A stretch of 64,000 bases of DNA from Yuukianura sp. NJ FZ-2021. Its lineage: Eukaryota. This document shows positions 37,432 to 52,100 of the stretch, in pieces. Position 1 is the stretch's first letter, and every line of letters starts with the position of its first letter. A model generated the notes under the pieces. It did no database searches, was not told the origin of the DNA, and saw only the letters and a program-made list of their open reading frames with translations. The DNA is taken from positions 4,526,001 to 4,590,000 of the forward strand of contig CM102283.1 in NCBI GenBank assembly GCA_046563655.1, in the 5' to 3' direction. The position numbers were made by a program, and so were the translations under genes.

Positions 37432-40379
37432 ATGCTTTGGAACAGCTATTTTATTAAAACCCGCTTGCATTTGGACAAAGAGTAAAGCGGATTTTTTTTC
37501 AAAATTTCTGAGTGCGACCACTAGATTCTAAGGCTATACAGACACATCTAATTTCATTCTAACGGTATTGTACAATGGTGTTTGATATGCCGCCTTCTAT
37601 TTTAGGAATAGTTTCGCTTGTGTTTTAAGTTGAAATTAGATATGCTTTGCAACAGCTATTTTATTAAAACCCGCTTGTATTTGGACAACGAGTAAAGCGG
37701 ATTTTTTTTCAAAATTTCTGAGTGCGACCACTAAATACTAAGGCTATACAGACACATCTCATTCCATTCTAACGCTATTATACAATGGTGTTTGATATGT
37801 CGCCTTTTAGTTTAGGAACAGTTTCGCCTGTGTTTTAAGTTGAAATTAGATATGCTTTGGAACAGCTATTTTATTAAAACCCGCTCGCATTTGGACAAAG
37901 AGTAAAGCGGATTTTTTTCCAAAATTTCTGAGTGCGACCACTAGATTCTAAGGCTATACAGACACATCTCATTCCATTCTAACGCTATTATACAATGGTG
38001 TTTGATATGCCGCCTTTTAGTTTCAGAACAGTTTCGCCTGTGTTTTAAGTTGAAATTAGATATGCTTTGGAACAGCTATTTTATTAAAACCCGCTTGCAT
38101 TTGGACAAAGAGTAAAGCAGATTTTTTTTTCAAAATTTCTGAGTGCGACCACTAAATTCTAAGGCTATACAGACACATCTAAGTCCATTCTAACGCTATT
38201 ATACAATGGTGTTTGATATGCCGCCTTTTAGTTTAGGAACAGTTTCGGCTGTGTTTTAAGTTGAAATTAGATATGCTTTGGAACAGCTGTTTTATTAAAA
38301 CCCGCTTGCATTTGGACAAAAAGTAAAGCGGATTTTTTTCCAAAATTTCTGAGTGCGACCACTAGATTCTAAGGCTATACAGACACATCTAAGTCCATTC
38401 TAACGGTATTATACAATGGTGTTTGATATGTCGCCTTTTAGTTTAGGAACAGTTTCGCCTGTGTTTTAAGTTGAAATTAGATATGCTTTGGAACAGCTAT
38501 TTTATTAAAACCCGCTTGCATTTGGACAATTAGTAAAGCGGATTTTTTTTTCAAAATTTCTGAGTGCGACCACTAAATTCTAAGGCTATACAGACACATC
38601 TCATTCCATTCTAACGCTATTATACAATGGTGTTTGATATGTCGCCTTTTAGTTTAGGAACAGTTTCGCCTGTGTTTTAAGTTGAAATTAGATATGCTTT
38701 GGAACAGCTATTTTATTAAAACCCGCTTGCATTTGGACAAAGAGTAAAGCAGATTTTTTTTTCAAAATTTCTGAGTGCGACCACTAAATTCTAAGGCTAT
38801 ACAGACACATCTAAGTCCATTCTAACGCTATTATACAATGGTGTTTGATATGCCGCCTTCTATTTTAGGAACAGCTTCGCCTGTGTTTTAAGTTGAAACG
38901 AGATATGCTTTGGAACAGCTATTTTATTAAAACCCGCTTGCATTTGGACAAAAAGTAAAGCGGATTTTTTCCCAAAATTTCTGAGTGCGACCACTAGATT
39001 CTAAGGCTATACAGACACATCTAAGTCCATTCTAACGGTATTATACAATGGTGTTTGATATGTCGCCTTTTAGTTTAGGAACAGTTTCGCCTGTGTTTTA
39101 AGTTGAAATTAGATATGCTTTGGAACAGCTATTTTATTAAAACCCGCTTGCATTTGGACAAAGAGTAAAGCGGATTTTTTTCCAAAATTTCTGAGTGCGA
39201 CCACTAGATTCTAAGGCTATACAGACACATCTAAGTCCATTCTAACGGTATTATACAATGGTGTTTGATATGCCGCCTTTTAGTTTAGGAACAGTTTCGC
39301 CTGTGTTTTAAGTTGAAATTAGATATGCTTTGGAACAGCTATTTTATTAAAACCCGCTTGCATTTGGACAAAGAGTAAAGCGGATTTTTTTTTCAAAATT
39401 TCTGAGTGCGACCACTAAATTCTAAGGCTATACAGACACATCTAAGTCCATTCTAACGCTATTATACAATGGTGTTTGATATGTCGCCTTTTAGTTTAGG
39501 AACAGTTTCGCTTGTGTTTTAAGTTGAAATTAGATATGTTTGGAACAGCTATTTTATTAAAACCCGCTTGCATTTGGACAAAGAGTAAAGCGGATTTTTT
39601 TCCAAAATTTCTGAGTGCGACCACTAAATTCTAAGGCTATACAGACACATCTAAGTCCATTCTAACGGTATTGTACAATGGTGTTTGATATGCCGCCTTC
39701 TATTTTAGGAATAGTTTCGCTTGTGTTTTAAGTTGAAATTAGATATGCTTTGGAACAGCTATTTTATTAAAACCCGCTTGCATTTGGACAAAGAGTAAAG
39801 CGGATTTTTTTTTCAAAATTTCTGAGTGCGACCACTAGATTCTAAGGCTATACAGACACATCTAAGTCCATTCTAACGGTATTGTACAATGGTGTTTGAT
39901 ATGCCGCCTTCTATTTTAGGAATAGTTTCGCTTGTGTTTTAAGTTGAAATTAGATATGCTTTGGAACAGCTATTTTATTAAAACCCGCTTGCATTTGGAC
40001 AAAGAGTAAAGCGGATTTTTTTCCAAAATTTCTGAGTGCGACCACTAGATTCTAAGGCTATACAGACACAGCTAAGTCCATTCTAACGGTATTGTACAAT
40101 GGTGTTTGATATGCCGCCTTCTATTTTAGGAATAGTTTCGCTTGTGTTTTAAGTTGAAATTAGATATGCTTTGGAACAGCTATTTTATTAAAACCCGCTT
40201 TCATTTGGACAAAAAGTAAAGCGGATTTTTTTCCAAAATTTCTGAGTGCGACCACTAGATTCTAAGGCTATACAGACACATCTAAGTCCATTCTAACGGT
40301 ATTGTACAATGGTGTTTGATATGCCGCCTTCTATTTTAGGAATAGTTTCGCTTGTGTTTTAAGTTGAAATTAGATATGC

Positions 40380-43178
40380 TGTTACGGTTGGTAATGGAGA
40401 AGAGAGATGAGCTCAGTTGAGTGGGCTGGGATCGAGTGATCCCATGTCTTTATTGTTAGGTGCTTTTATACCTGTGAGTGAAGACTCTACAGAGGTGTTG
40501 GGTGACGTCAGCCGTGGCATGACGTTAGCCTTTAACCGTCCTACATACCTAACACATCTACACTATGGAAAAGATCGTCCTCGATCGTAGTTAGTGGAAC
40601 ATAAAGTATACAAAATACGTGGGAAAGTAAATACTAATCATGAATAATGAAGTAAGTTGAAATAAAGCATTGAAAAACAATTAAGTAATAGAATAACAAA
40701 ACAGTTATACTCGGTAAACTCAGAAAGTATAGCCAACGGTAAAGGGTGCTAATTTTCCAAAATATTTAGGCAAAACTGTATAACTAGGTTTTTCCCTTTG
40801 GAAAGCTTGGATTTGGGTAATATATGGTCACACGTAAGTTAGAAAATTGGGACCTTGTAACAGATCTTGTGAAAGTTGTTTTCGGTAATGGGTATGGCCG
40901 GGTTCTACGTCCTTGAGGTGCATAATACTTATGATTATGGTGATTGAGAACTGTGACGCGTATGTGGTCAGAAAACGTATCCTTTACCACTGATCTTCCG
41001 GGGCATACTGACTTGAAACCGGACGGCCTTTTCGAGTGCTGCATAGTTCGTTGTTTGTGCTGAGAAGCTTGGGTGGATTAGACACGAGCGGCTGACGAGT
41101 TGCGTAAATTCAAGAGACAGTATTGGACACCAACTTGCATTTGCGCTTGGGTTCCTCAATAAACGTAGAGGGATATCCAGGGCAGTACGCGAAGAAAAAA
41201 AACGGTATATTCTTGATCAAGTTCAGGAATAAGTAGATTCTTGAAACGATTAATGAAAGAATGAGGGAGTTAGTGGTGGTATGTTTGGTTTAGGGCATGG
41301 TTCAGCATGGGGCAGAAGGGTATGGACTACGTGATCGATTCTTAATAGTGTGGGTTGTTCAATGTGTGTGTTATCAGTCAACAACACGTTCGGTGGTGGG
41401 TACCCGGCGGCCGCCTTTCGAATTTGTAGTTTTGTGTCACCTGACTACGTGCATTGCGAGCTCGCTAGCTTCGATAAGATTTGACCATGGCTATTCGTGA
41501 CTGAATACAAAGTCTAACAAACTGAATTAACATTTGGTACGAAGCGCTTCCATACATTAATATATTGACAAGTTTAACTCGGGCGCCCGGCTACTATAAA
41601 TTTGTTTTCATTGAAATGACGCTGCAAAGTATTCCGTTTGCGCAAAGGACAGCGTAACAATATTTTTTCTTCAATGAAATGACGTCTTCAAGATACTTGT
41701 TTGATTCATTCGGTGACGTCACTATAAGTTTTCACGTGTTAAGTAAATGACTTCTTGACAATATTTTCTTTGCAATAAAGTGACATCTTCGATATATTTA
41801 GTTTCTTCAGCTGGAGACGTCATGATGAGTTTTCATTGGTTTAGTGAAAGACGTCTTTTCAATATATTTTTTTGAATGAGCTGACGTCTTCAAGATATTC
41901 TGTCTGAGTAAATTATGTCTTGAAAATATTTTCTTTTCAATAAAGTGACGTCTTCGATATATTTAATTTCTTCAGCCGGTGACGTCATGATGATTTTACA
42001 TTGGTTCAGTGAAAGACGTCTTCTCAATATATTTTCTTGAATGAACTGACGTCGTCAAAATATTCTGTTTGAGTAAATTATGTCTTCACAATATTTTCTT
42101 TTCAATAAAGTGACGTCTTCGATATATTTAATTTCTTCAGCTGGTGACGTCATGATGAGTTTTCATGGGTTTGGTAAAAGACGTCTTCACAATATATTCT
42201 GTGACGTCTGCATAATATTATTCAACTCATTTCAATTCGTTCCAAATTTCTTAAGTAGGTGACAGCAGTATAAGGTTCGTTTCTAGTGACTGACGTATGA
42301 AAAATATCCTTTTGCTTCAGTGGGTGATGTCATGATGAGTTGTTGTATTGTTCTAACATCACGCCATTGTGTAATTGTGTTCAATGCTTGGCCTACAGTC
42401 AACCACCATTATAAGGGTAAGTGTTGGGCTTACATCATCCCCCATATAAATAATTGGCGTGTGGGGTAGTGAGCTGTGAGGGGGGAGGGGTGCAGTGGGT
42501 TGATGGCAGTGGGCGATATTTGCTGTATACAAATTAAAAGTTAAAAGTACAGTCTTTAGCAAAGTGTGATTATGGATTTAACGGGTTGGCGAATCCGGTG
42601 TCCTTGTATAGTCACAAGTTTCATATTAGGAATAATTGTAAAATTGTGGGCAGGGAAATCAATGCAAACCTGGACATGTCGTTTGGGTAGCGTGTTTTCG
42701 CTGGTCAACTGTGAAATAGCGACGCGATTAGGGAGAGGGACTTATTCTTCTGTAGAATATACGTGCGCTAGGGGTTTACGTGGACGGAGCAGTACCCTTG
42801 TGATAGGCCTTGCACTTTGCGAAGTGGGGGGGGGGAGGGACGAAGGGTATTGGGGGCCTCCCTGGTATGCGAAGGAACGCCGTGCATAGGGGTCTGCGCT
42901 TTGAAGCGAATGTCTTGGACACCAGTGCAATGGGGTATACGGGGGCTCAAGCTCACTCCATAGTGAGAACAGAGGTGGGGAATCAACCTGCCTCTGCTAC
43001 CACTGTTACGGTTGGTAATGGAGAAGAGAGATGAGCTCAGTTGAGTGGGCTGGGATCGAGTGATCCCATGTCTTTATTGTTAGGTGCTTTTATACCTGTG
43101 AGTGAAGACTCTACAGAGGTGTTGGGTGACGTCAGCCGTGGCATGACGTTAGCCTTTAACCGTCCTACATACCTAACA
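40380..43178 (-). mobile_element. Non-autonomous LTR retrotransposon, copy 3, 2799 bp
   Basis: LTRs at 40380-40554 and 43004-43178; ATGC TSD; nearly identical to copy 2. Confidence 0.93.
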
Positions 43179-46100
43179 ATGCTTTGGAACAGCTATTTTA
43201 TTAAAACCCGCTTGCATTTGGACAAAGAGTAAAGCGGATTTTTTCAAAATTTCTGAGTGCGACCACTAGATTCTAAGGCTATACAGACACATCTAATTCC
43301 ATTCTAACGGTATTGTACAATGGTGTTTGATATGCCGCCTTCTATTTTAGGAATAGTTTCGCTTGTGTTTTAAGTTGAAATTAGATATGCTTTGGAACAG
43401 CTATTTTATTAAAACCCGCTTGCATTTGGACAAAGAGTAAAGCGGATTTTTTTTTTCAAAATTTCTGAGTGCGACCACTAAATTCTAAGGCTATACAGAC
43501 ACATCTCATTCCATTCTAACGGTATTGTACAATGGTGTTTGATATGTCGCCTTTTAGTTTAGGAACAGTTTCGCCTGTGTTTTAAGTTGAAATTAGATAT
43601 GCTTTGGAACAGCTATTTTATTAAAACCCGCTTGCATTTGGACAAAGAGTAAAGCGGATTTTTTTCCAAAATTTCTGAGTGCGACCACTAGATTCTAAGG
43701 CTATACAGACACATCTCATTCCATTCTAACGGTATTATACAATGGTGTTTGATATGCCGCCTTTTAGTTTCAGAACAGTTTCGCCTGTGTTTTAAGTTGA
43801 AATTAGATATGCTTTGGAACAGCTATTTTATTAAAACCCGCTTGCATTTGGACAAAGAGTAAAGCGGATTTTTTTCCAAAATTTCTGAGTGCGACCACTA
43901 GATTCTAAGGCTATACAGACACATCTAAGTCCATTCTAACGCTATTATACAATGGTGTTTGATATGCCGCCTTTTAGTTTAGGAACAGTTTCGCCTGTGT
44001 TTTAAGTTGAAATTATATATGCTTTGGAACAGCTATTTTATTAAAACCCGCTTGCATTTGGACAAAGAGTAAAGCGGATTTTTTTCCAAAATTTCTGAGT
44101 GCGACCACTAGATTCTAAGGCTATACAGACACATCTAAGTCCATTCTAACGGTATTATACAATGGTGTTTGATATGCCGCTTTTTAGTTTAGGAACAGTT
44201 TCGCTTGTGTTTTAAGTTGAAATTAGATATGCTTTGGAACAGCTATTTTATTAAAACCCGCTTGCATTTGGACAAAGAGTAAAGCGGATTTTTTTCCAAA
44301 ATTTCTGAGTGCGACCACTAGATTCTAAGGCTATACAGACACATCTAAGTCCATTCTAACGGTATTATACAATGGTGTTTGATATGCCGCCTTTTAGTTT
44401 AGGAACAGTTTCGCCTGTGTTTTAAGTTGAAATTAGATATGCTTTGGAACAGCTATTTTATTAAAACCCGCTTGCATTTGGACAAAGAGTAAAGCGGATT
44501 TTTTTCAAAATTTCTGAGTGCGACCACTAGATTCTAAGGCTATACAGACACATCTCATTCCATTCTAACGCTATTATACAATGGTGTTTGATATGCCGCC
44601 TTTTAGTTTAGGAACAGTTTCGCCTGTGTTTTAAGTTGAAATTAGATATGCTTTGGAACAGCTATTTTATTAAAACCCGCTTGCATTTGGACAAAGAGTA
44701 AAGCGGATTTTTTTCCAAAATTTCTGAGTGCGACCACTAGATTCTAAGGCTATACAGACACATCTAAGTCCATTCTAACGGTATTGTACAATGGTGTTTG
44801 ATATGTCGCCTTTTAGTTTAGGAATAGTTTCGCTTGTGTTTTAAGTTGAAATTAGATATGCTTTGGAACAGCTATTTTATTAAAACCCGCTTGCATTTGG
44901 ACAAAGAGTAAAGCGGATTTTTTTCAAAATTTCTGAGTGCGACCACTAAATTCTAAGGCTATACAGACACATCTAAGTCCATTCTAACGCTATTATACAA
45001 TGGTGTTTGATATGCCGCCTTCTATTTTAGGAATAGTTTCGCTTGTGTTTTAAGTTGAAATTAGATATGCTTTGGAACAGCTATTTTATTAAAACCCGCT
45101 TGCATTTGGACAAAGAGTAAAGCGGATTTTTTTCCAAAATTTCTGAGTGCGACCACTAGATTCTAAGGCTATACAGACACATCTAAGTCCATTCTAACGG
45201 TATTGTACAATGGTGTTTGATATGTCGCCTTTTAGTTTAGGAACAGTTTCGCCTGTGTTTTAAGTTGAAATTATATATGCTTTGGAACAGCTATTTTATT
45301 AAAACCCGCTTGCATTTGGACAAAGAGTAAAGCGGATTTTTTTCCAAAATTTCTGAGTGCGACCACTAGATTCTAAGGCTATACAGACACATCTAAGTCC
45401 ATTCTAACGGTATTGTACAATGGTGTTTGATATGCCGCCTTCTATTTTAGGAATAGTTTCGCTTGTGTTTTAAGTTGAAATTAGATATGCTTTGGAACAG
45501 CTATTTTATTAAAACCCGCTTGCATTTGGACAAAGAGTAAAGCGGATTTTTTTTCAAAATTTCTGAGTGCGACCACTAGATTCTAAGGCTATACAGACAC
45601 ATCTAAGTCCATTCTAACGGTATTGTACAATGGTGTTTGATATGCCGCCTTCTATTTTAGGAATAGTTTCGCTTGTGTTTTAAGTTGAAATTAGATATGC
45701 TTTGGAACAGCTATTTTATTAAAACCCGCTTGCATTTGGACAAAGAGTAAAGCGGATTTTTTTTTCAAAATTTCTGAGTGCGACCACTAGATTCTAAGGC
45801 TATACAGACACATCTAAGTCCATTCTAACGGTATTGTACAATGGTGTTTGATATGCCGCCTTCTATTTTAGGAATAGTTTCGCTTGTGTTTTAAGTTGAA
45901 ATTAGATATGCTTTGGAACAGCTATTTTATTAAAACCCGCTTGCATTTGGACAAAGAGTAAAGCGGATTTTTTTCCAAAATTTCTGAGTGCGACCACTAG
46001 ATTCTAAGGCTATACAGACACATCTAAGTCCATTCTAACGGTATTGTACAATGGTGTTTGATATGCCGCCTTCTATTTTAGGAATAGTTTCGCTTGTGTT

Positions 46101-49100
46101 TTAAGTTGAAATTAGATATGCTTTGGAACAGCTATTTTATTAAAACCCGCTTGCATTTGGACAAAGAGTAAAGCGGATTTTTTTTTCAAAATTTCTGAGT
46201 GCGACCACTAGATTCTAAGGCTATACAGACACATCTAAGTCCATTCTAACGGTATTGTACAATGGTGTTTGATATGCCGCCTTCTATTTTAGGAATAGTT
46301 TCGCCTGTGTTTTAAGTTGAAGTTAGATATGCTTTGGAACAGCTATTTTATTAAAACCCGCTTGCATTTGGACAAAGAGTAAAGCGGATTTTTTTTTCAA
46401 AATTTCTGAGTGCGACCACTAGATTCTAAGGCTATACAGACACATCTAAGTCCATTCTAACGGTATTGTACAATGGTGTTTGATATGCCGCCTTCTATTT
46501 TAGGAATAGTTTCGCTTGTGTTTTAAGTTGAAATTAGATATGCTTTGGAACAGCTATTTTATTAAAACCCGCTTGCATTTGGACAAAGAGTAAAGCGGAT
46601 TTTTTTTTTCAAAATTTCTGAGTGCGACCACTAGATTCTAAGGCTATACAGACACATCTAAGTCCATTCTAACGGTATTGTACAATGGTGTTTGATATGC
46701 CGCCTTCTATTTTAGGAATAGTTTCGCTTGTGTTTTAAGTTGAAATTAGATATGCTTTGGAACAGCTATTTTATTAAAACCCGCTTGCATTTGGACAAAG
46801 AGTAAAGCGGATTTTTTTTTCAAAATTTCTGAGTGCGACCACTAGATTCTAAGGCTATACAGACACATCTAAGTCCATTCTAACGGTATTGTACAATGGT
46901 GTTTGATATGCCGCCTTCTATTTTAGGAATAGTTTCGCTTGTGTTTTAAGTTGAAATTAGATATGCTTTGGAACAGCTATTTTATTAAAACCCGCTTGCA
47001 TTTGGACAAAGAGTAAAGCGGATTTTTTTCCAAAATTTCTGAGTGCGACCACTAGATTCTAAGGCTATACAGACACATCTAAGTCCATTCTAACGGTATT
47101 GTACAATGGTGTTTGATATGCCGCCTTCTATTTTAGGAATAGTTTCGCTTGTGTTTTAAGTTGAAATTAGATATGCTTTGGAACAGCTATTTTATTAAAA
47201 CCCGCTTGCATTTGGACAAAGAGTAAAGCGGATTTTTTTCCAAAATTTCTGAGTGCGACCACTAGATTCTAAGGCTATACAGACACATCTAAGTCCATTC
47301 TAACGGTATTGTACAATGGTGTTTGATATGCCGCCTTCTATTTTAGGAATAGTTTCGCTTGTGTTTTAAGTTGAAATTAGATATGCTTTGGAACAGCTAT
47401 TTTATTAAAACCCGCTTGCATTTGGACAAAGAGTAAAGCGGATTTTTTTCCAAAATTTCTGAGTGCGACCACTAGATTCTAAGGCTATACAGACACATCT
47501 AAGTCCATTCTAACGGTATTGTACAATGGTGTTTGATATGCCGCCTTCTATTTTAGGAATAGTTTCGCTTGTGTTTTAAGTTGAAATTAGATATGCTTTG
47601 GAACAGCTATTTTATTAAAACCCGCTTGCATTTGGACAAAGAGTAAAGCGGATTTTTTTCCAAAATTTCTGAGTGCGACCACTAGATTCTAAGGCTATAC
47701 AGACACATCTAAGTCCATTCTAACGGTATTGTACAATGGTGTTTGATATGCCGCCTTCTATTTTAGGAATAGTTTCGCTTGTGTTTTAAGTTGAAATTAG
47801 ATATGCTTTGGAACAGCTATTTTATTAAAACCCGCTTGCATTTGGACAAAAAGTAAAGCGGATTTTTTTCCAAAATTTCTGAGTGCGACCACTAGATTCT
47901 AAGGCTATACAGACACATCTAAGTCCATTCTAACGGTATTGTACAATGGTGTTTGATATGCCGCCTTCTATTTTAGGAATAGTTTCGCTTGTGTTTTAAG
48001 TTGAAATTAGATATGCTTTGGAACAGCTATTTTATTAAAACCCGCTTGCATTTGGACAAAGAGTAAAGCGGATTTTTTTTTCAAAATTTCTGAGTGCGAC
48101 CACTAGATTCTAAGGCTATACAGACACATCTAAGTCCATTCTAACGGTATTGTACAATGGTGTTTGATATGCCGCCTTCTATTTTAGGAATAGTTTCGCT
48201 TGTGTTTTAAGTTGAAATTAGATATGCTTTGGAACAGCTATTTTATTAAAACCCGCTTGCATTTGGACAAAGAGTAAAGCGGATTTTTTTTTCAAAATTT
48301 CTGAGTGCGACCACTAGATTCTAAGGCTATACAGACACATCTAAGTCCATTCTAACGGTATTGTACAATGGTGTTTGATATGCCGCCTTCTATTTTAGGA
48401 ATAGTTTCGCTTGTGTTTTAAGTTGAAATTAGATATGCTTTGGAACAGCTATTTTATTAAAACCCGCTTGCATTTGGACAAAGAGTAAAGCGGATTTTTT
48501 TCAAAATTTCTGAGTGCGACCACTAGATTCTAAGGCTATACAGACACATCTAATTCCATTCTAACGGTATTGTACAATGGTGTTTGATATGCCGCCTTCT
48601 ATTTTAGGAATAGTTTCGCTTGTGTTTTAAGTTGAAATTAGATATGCTTTGGAACAGCTATTTTATTAAAACCCGCTTGCATTTGGACAAAGAGTAAAGC
48701 GGATTTTTTTACAAAATTTCTGAGTGCGACCACTAAATTCTAAGGCTATACAGACACATCTAAGTCCATTCTAACGGTATTGTACAATGGTGTTTGATAT
48801 GCCGCCTTCTATTTTAGGAATAGTTTCGCTTGTGTTTTAAGTTGAAATTAGATATGCTTTGGAACAGCTATTTTATTAAAACCCGCTTGCATTTGGACAA
48901 AGAGTAAAGCGGATTTTTTTTTCAAAATTTCTGAGTGCGACCACTAGATTCTAAGGCTATACAGACACATCTAAGTCCATTCTAACGGTATTGTACAATG
49001 GTGTTTGATATGCCGCCTTCTATTTTAGGAATAGTTTCGCTTGTGTTTTAAGTTGAAATTAGATATGCTTTGGAACAGCTATTTTATTAAAACCCGCTTG

Positions 49101-52100
49101 CATTTGGACAAAGAGTAAAGCGGATTTTTTTTCAAAATTTCTGAGTGCGACCACTAGATTCTAAGGCTATACAGACACATCTAAGTCCATTCTAACGGTA
49201 TTGTACAATGGTGTTTGATATGCCGCCTTCTATTTTAGGAATAGTTTCGCTTGTGTTTTAAGTTGAAATTAGATATGCTTTGGAACAGCTATTTTATTAA
49301 AACCCGCTTGCATTTGGACAAAGAGTAAAGCGGATTTTTTTCCAAAATTTCTGAGTGCGACCACTAGATTCTAAGGCTATACAGACACATCTAAGTCCAT
49401 TCTAACGGTATTGTACAATGGTGTTTGATATGCCGCCTTCTATTTTAGGAATAGTTTCGCTTGTGTTTTAAGTTGAAATTAGATATGCTTTGGAACAGCT
49501 ATTTTATTAAAACCCGCTTGCATTTGGACAAAGAGTAAAGCGGATTTTTTTCCAAAATTTCTGAGTGCGACCACTAGATTCTAAGGCTATACAGACACAT
49601 CTAAGTCCATTCTAACGGTATTGTACAATGGTGTTTGATATGCCGCCTTCTATTTTAGGAATAGTTTCGCTTGTGTTTTAAGTTGAAATTAGATATGCTT
49701 TGGAACAGCTATTTTATTAAAACCCGCTTGCATTTGGACAAAGAGTAAAGCGGATTTTTTTTTCAAAATTTCTGAGTGCGACCACTAGATTCTAAGGCTA
49801 TACAGACACATCTAAGTCCATTCTAACGGTATTGTACAATGGTGTTTGATATGCCGCCTTCTATTTTAGGAATAGTTTCGCTTGTGTTTTAAGTTGAAAT
49901 TAGATATGCTTTGGAACAGCTATTTTATTAAAACCCGCTTGCATTTGGACAAAGAGTAAAGCGGATTTTTTTCCAAAATTTCTGAGTGCGACCACTAGAT
50001 TCTAAGGCTATACAGACACAGCTAAGTCCATTCTAACGGTATTGTACAATGGTGTTTGATATGCCGCCTTCTATTTTAGGAATAGTTTCGCTTGTGTTTT
50101 AAGTTGAAATTAGATATGCTTTGGAACAGCTATTTTATTAAAACCCGCTTGCATTTGGACAAAGAGTAAAGCGGATTTTTTTCCAAAATTTCTGAGTGCG
50201 ACCACTAGATTCTAAGGCTATACAGACACATCTAAGTCCATTCTAACGGTATTGTACAATGGTGTTTGATATGCCGCCTTCTATTTTAGGAATAGTTTCG
50301 CTTGTGTTTTAAGTTGAAATTAGATATGCTTTGGAACAGCTATTTTATTAAAACCCGCTTGCATTTGGACAAAAAGTAAAGCGGATTTTTTTCCAAAATT
50401 TCTGAGTGCGACCACTAGATTCTAAGGCTATACAGACACATCTAAGTCCATTCTAACGGTATTGTACAATGGTGTTTGATATGCCGCCTTCTATTTTAGG
50501 AATAGTTTCGCTTGTGTTTTAAGTTGAAATTAGATATGCTTTGGAACAGCTATTTTATTAAAACCCGCTTGCATTTGGACAAAGAGTAAAGCGGATTTTT
50601 TACAAAATTTCTGAGTGCGACCACTAGATTCTAAGGCTATACAGACACATCTAATTCCATTCTAACGGTATTGTACAATGGTGTTTGATATGCCGCCTTC
50701 TATTTTAGGAATAGTTTCGCTTGTGTTTTAAGTTGAAATTAGATATGCTTTGGAACAGCTATTTTATTAAAACCCGCTTGCATTTGGACAAAGAGTAAAG
50801 CGGATTTTTTTTCAAAATTTCTGAGTGCGACCACTAAATTCTAAGGCTATACAGACACATCTAAGTCCATTCTAACGGTATTGTACAATGGTGTTTGATA
50901 TGCCGCCTTCTATTTTAGGAATAGTTTCGCTTGTGTTTTAAGTTGAAATTAGATATGCTTTGGAACAGCTATTTTATTAAAACCCGCTTGCATTTGGACA
51001 AAGAGTAAAGCGGATTTTTTTCCAAAATTTCTGAGTGCGACCACTAGATTCTAAGGCTATACAGACACATCTAAGTCCATTCTAACGGTATTGTACAATG
51101 GTGTTTGATATGCCGCCTTCTATTTTAGGAATAGTTTCGCTTGTGTTTTAAGTTGAAATTAGATATGCTTTGGAACAGCTATTTTATTAAAACCCGCTTG
51201 CATTTGGACAAAGAGTAAAGCGGATTTTTTTCCAAAATTTCTGAGTGCGACCACTAGATTCTAAGGCTATACAGACACATCTAAGTCCATTCTAACGGTA
51301 TTGTACAATGGTGTTTGATATGCCGCCTTCTATTTTAGGAATAGTTTCGCTTGTGTTTTAAGTTGAAATTAGATATGCTTTGGAACAGCTATTTTATTAA
51401 AACCCGCTTGCATTTGGACAAAGAGTAAAGCGGATTTTTTTCCAAAATTTCTGAGTGCGACCACTAGATTCTAAGGCTATACAGACACATCTAAGTCCAT
51501 TCTAACGGTATTGTACAATGGTGTTTGATATGCCGCCTTCTATTTTAGGAATAGTTTCGCTTGTGTTTTAAGTTGAAATTAGATATGCTTTGGAACAGCT
51601 ATTTTATTAAAACCCGCTTGCATTTGGACAAAGAGTAAAGCGGATTTTTTTCCAAAATTTCTGAGTGCGACCACTAGATTCTAAGGCTATACAGACACAT
51701 CTAAGTCCATTCTAACGGTATTGTACAATGGTGTTTGATATGCCGCCTTCTATTTTAGGAATAGTTTCGCTTGTGTTTTAAGTTGAAATTAGATATGCTT
51801 TGGAACAGCTATTTTATTAAAACCCGCTTGCATTTGGACAAAGAGTAAAGCGGATTTTTTTCCAAAATTTCTGAGTGCGACCACTAGATTCTAAGGCTAT
51901 ACAGACACATCTAAGTCCATTCTAACGGTATTGTACAATGGTGTTTGATATGCCGCCTTCTATTTTAGGAATAGTTTCGCTTGTGTTTTAAGTTGAAATT
52001 AGATATGCTTTGGAACAGCTATTTTATTAAAACCCGCTTGCATTTGGACAAAGAGTAAAGCGGATTTTTTTCCAAAATTTCTGAGTGCGACCACTAGATT

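Noticed and set aside
29925-43232. Short ORFs within the LTR elements as functional genes
   Set aside because: Small, on both strands, disrupted differently between copies, and lacking RT, RNase H, integrase core or gag zinc-knuckle motifs.
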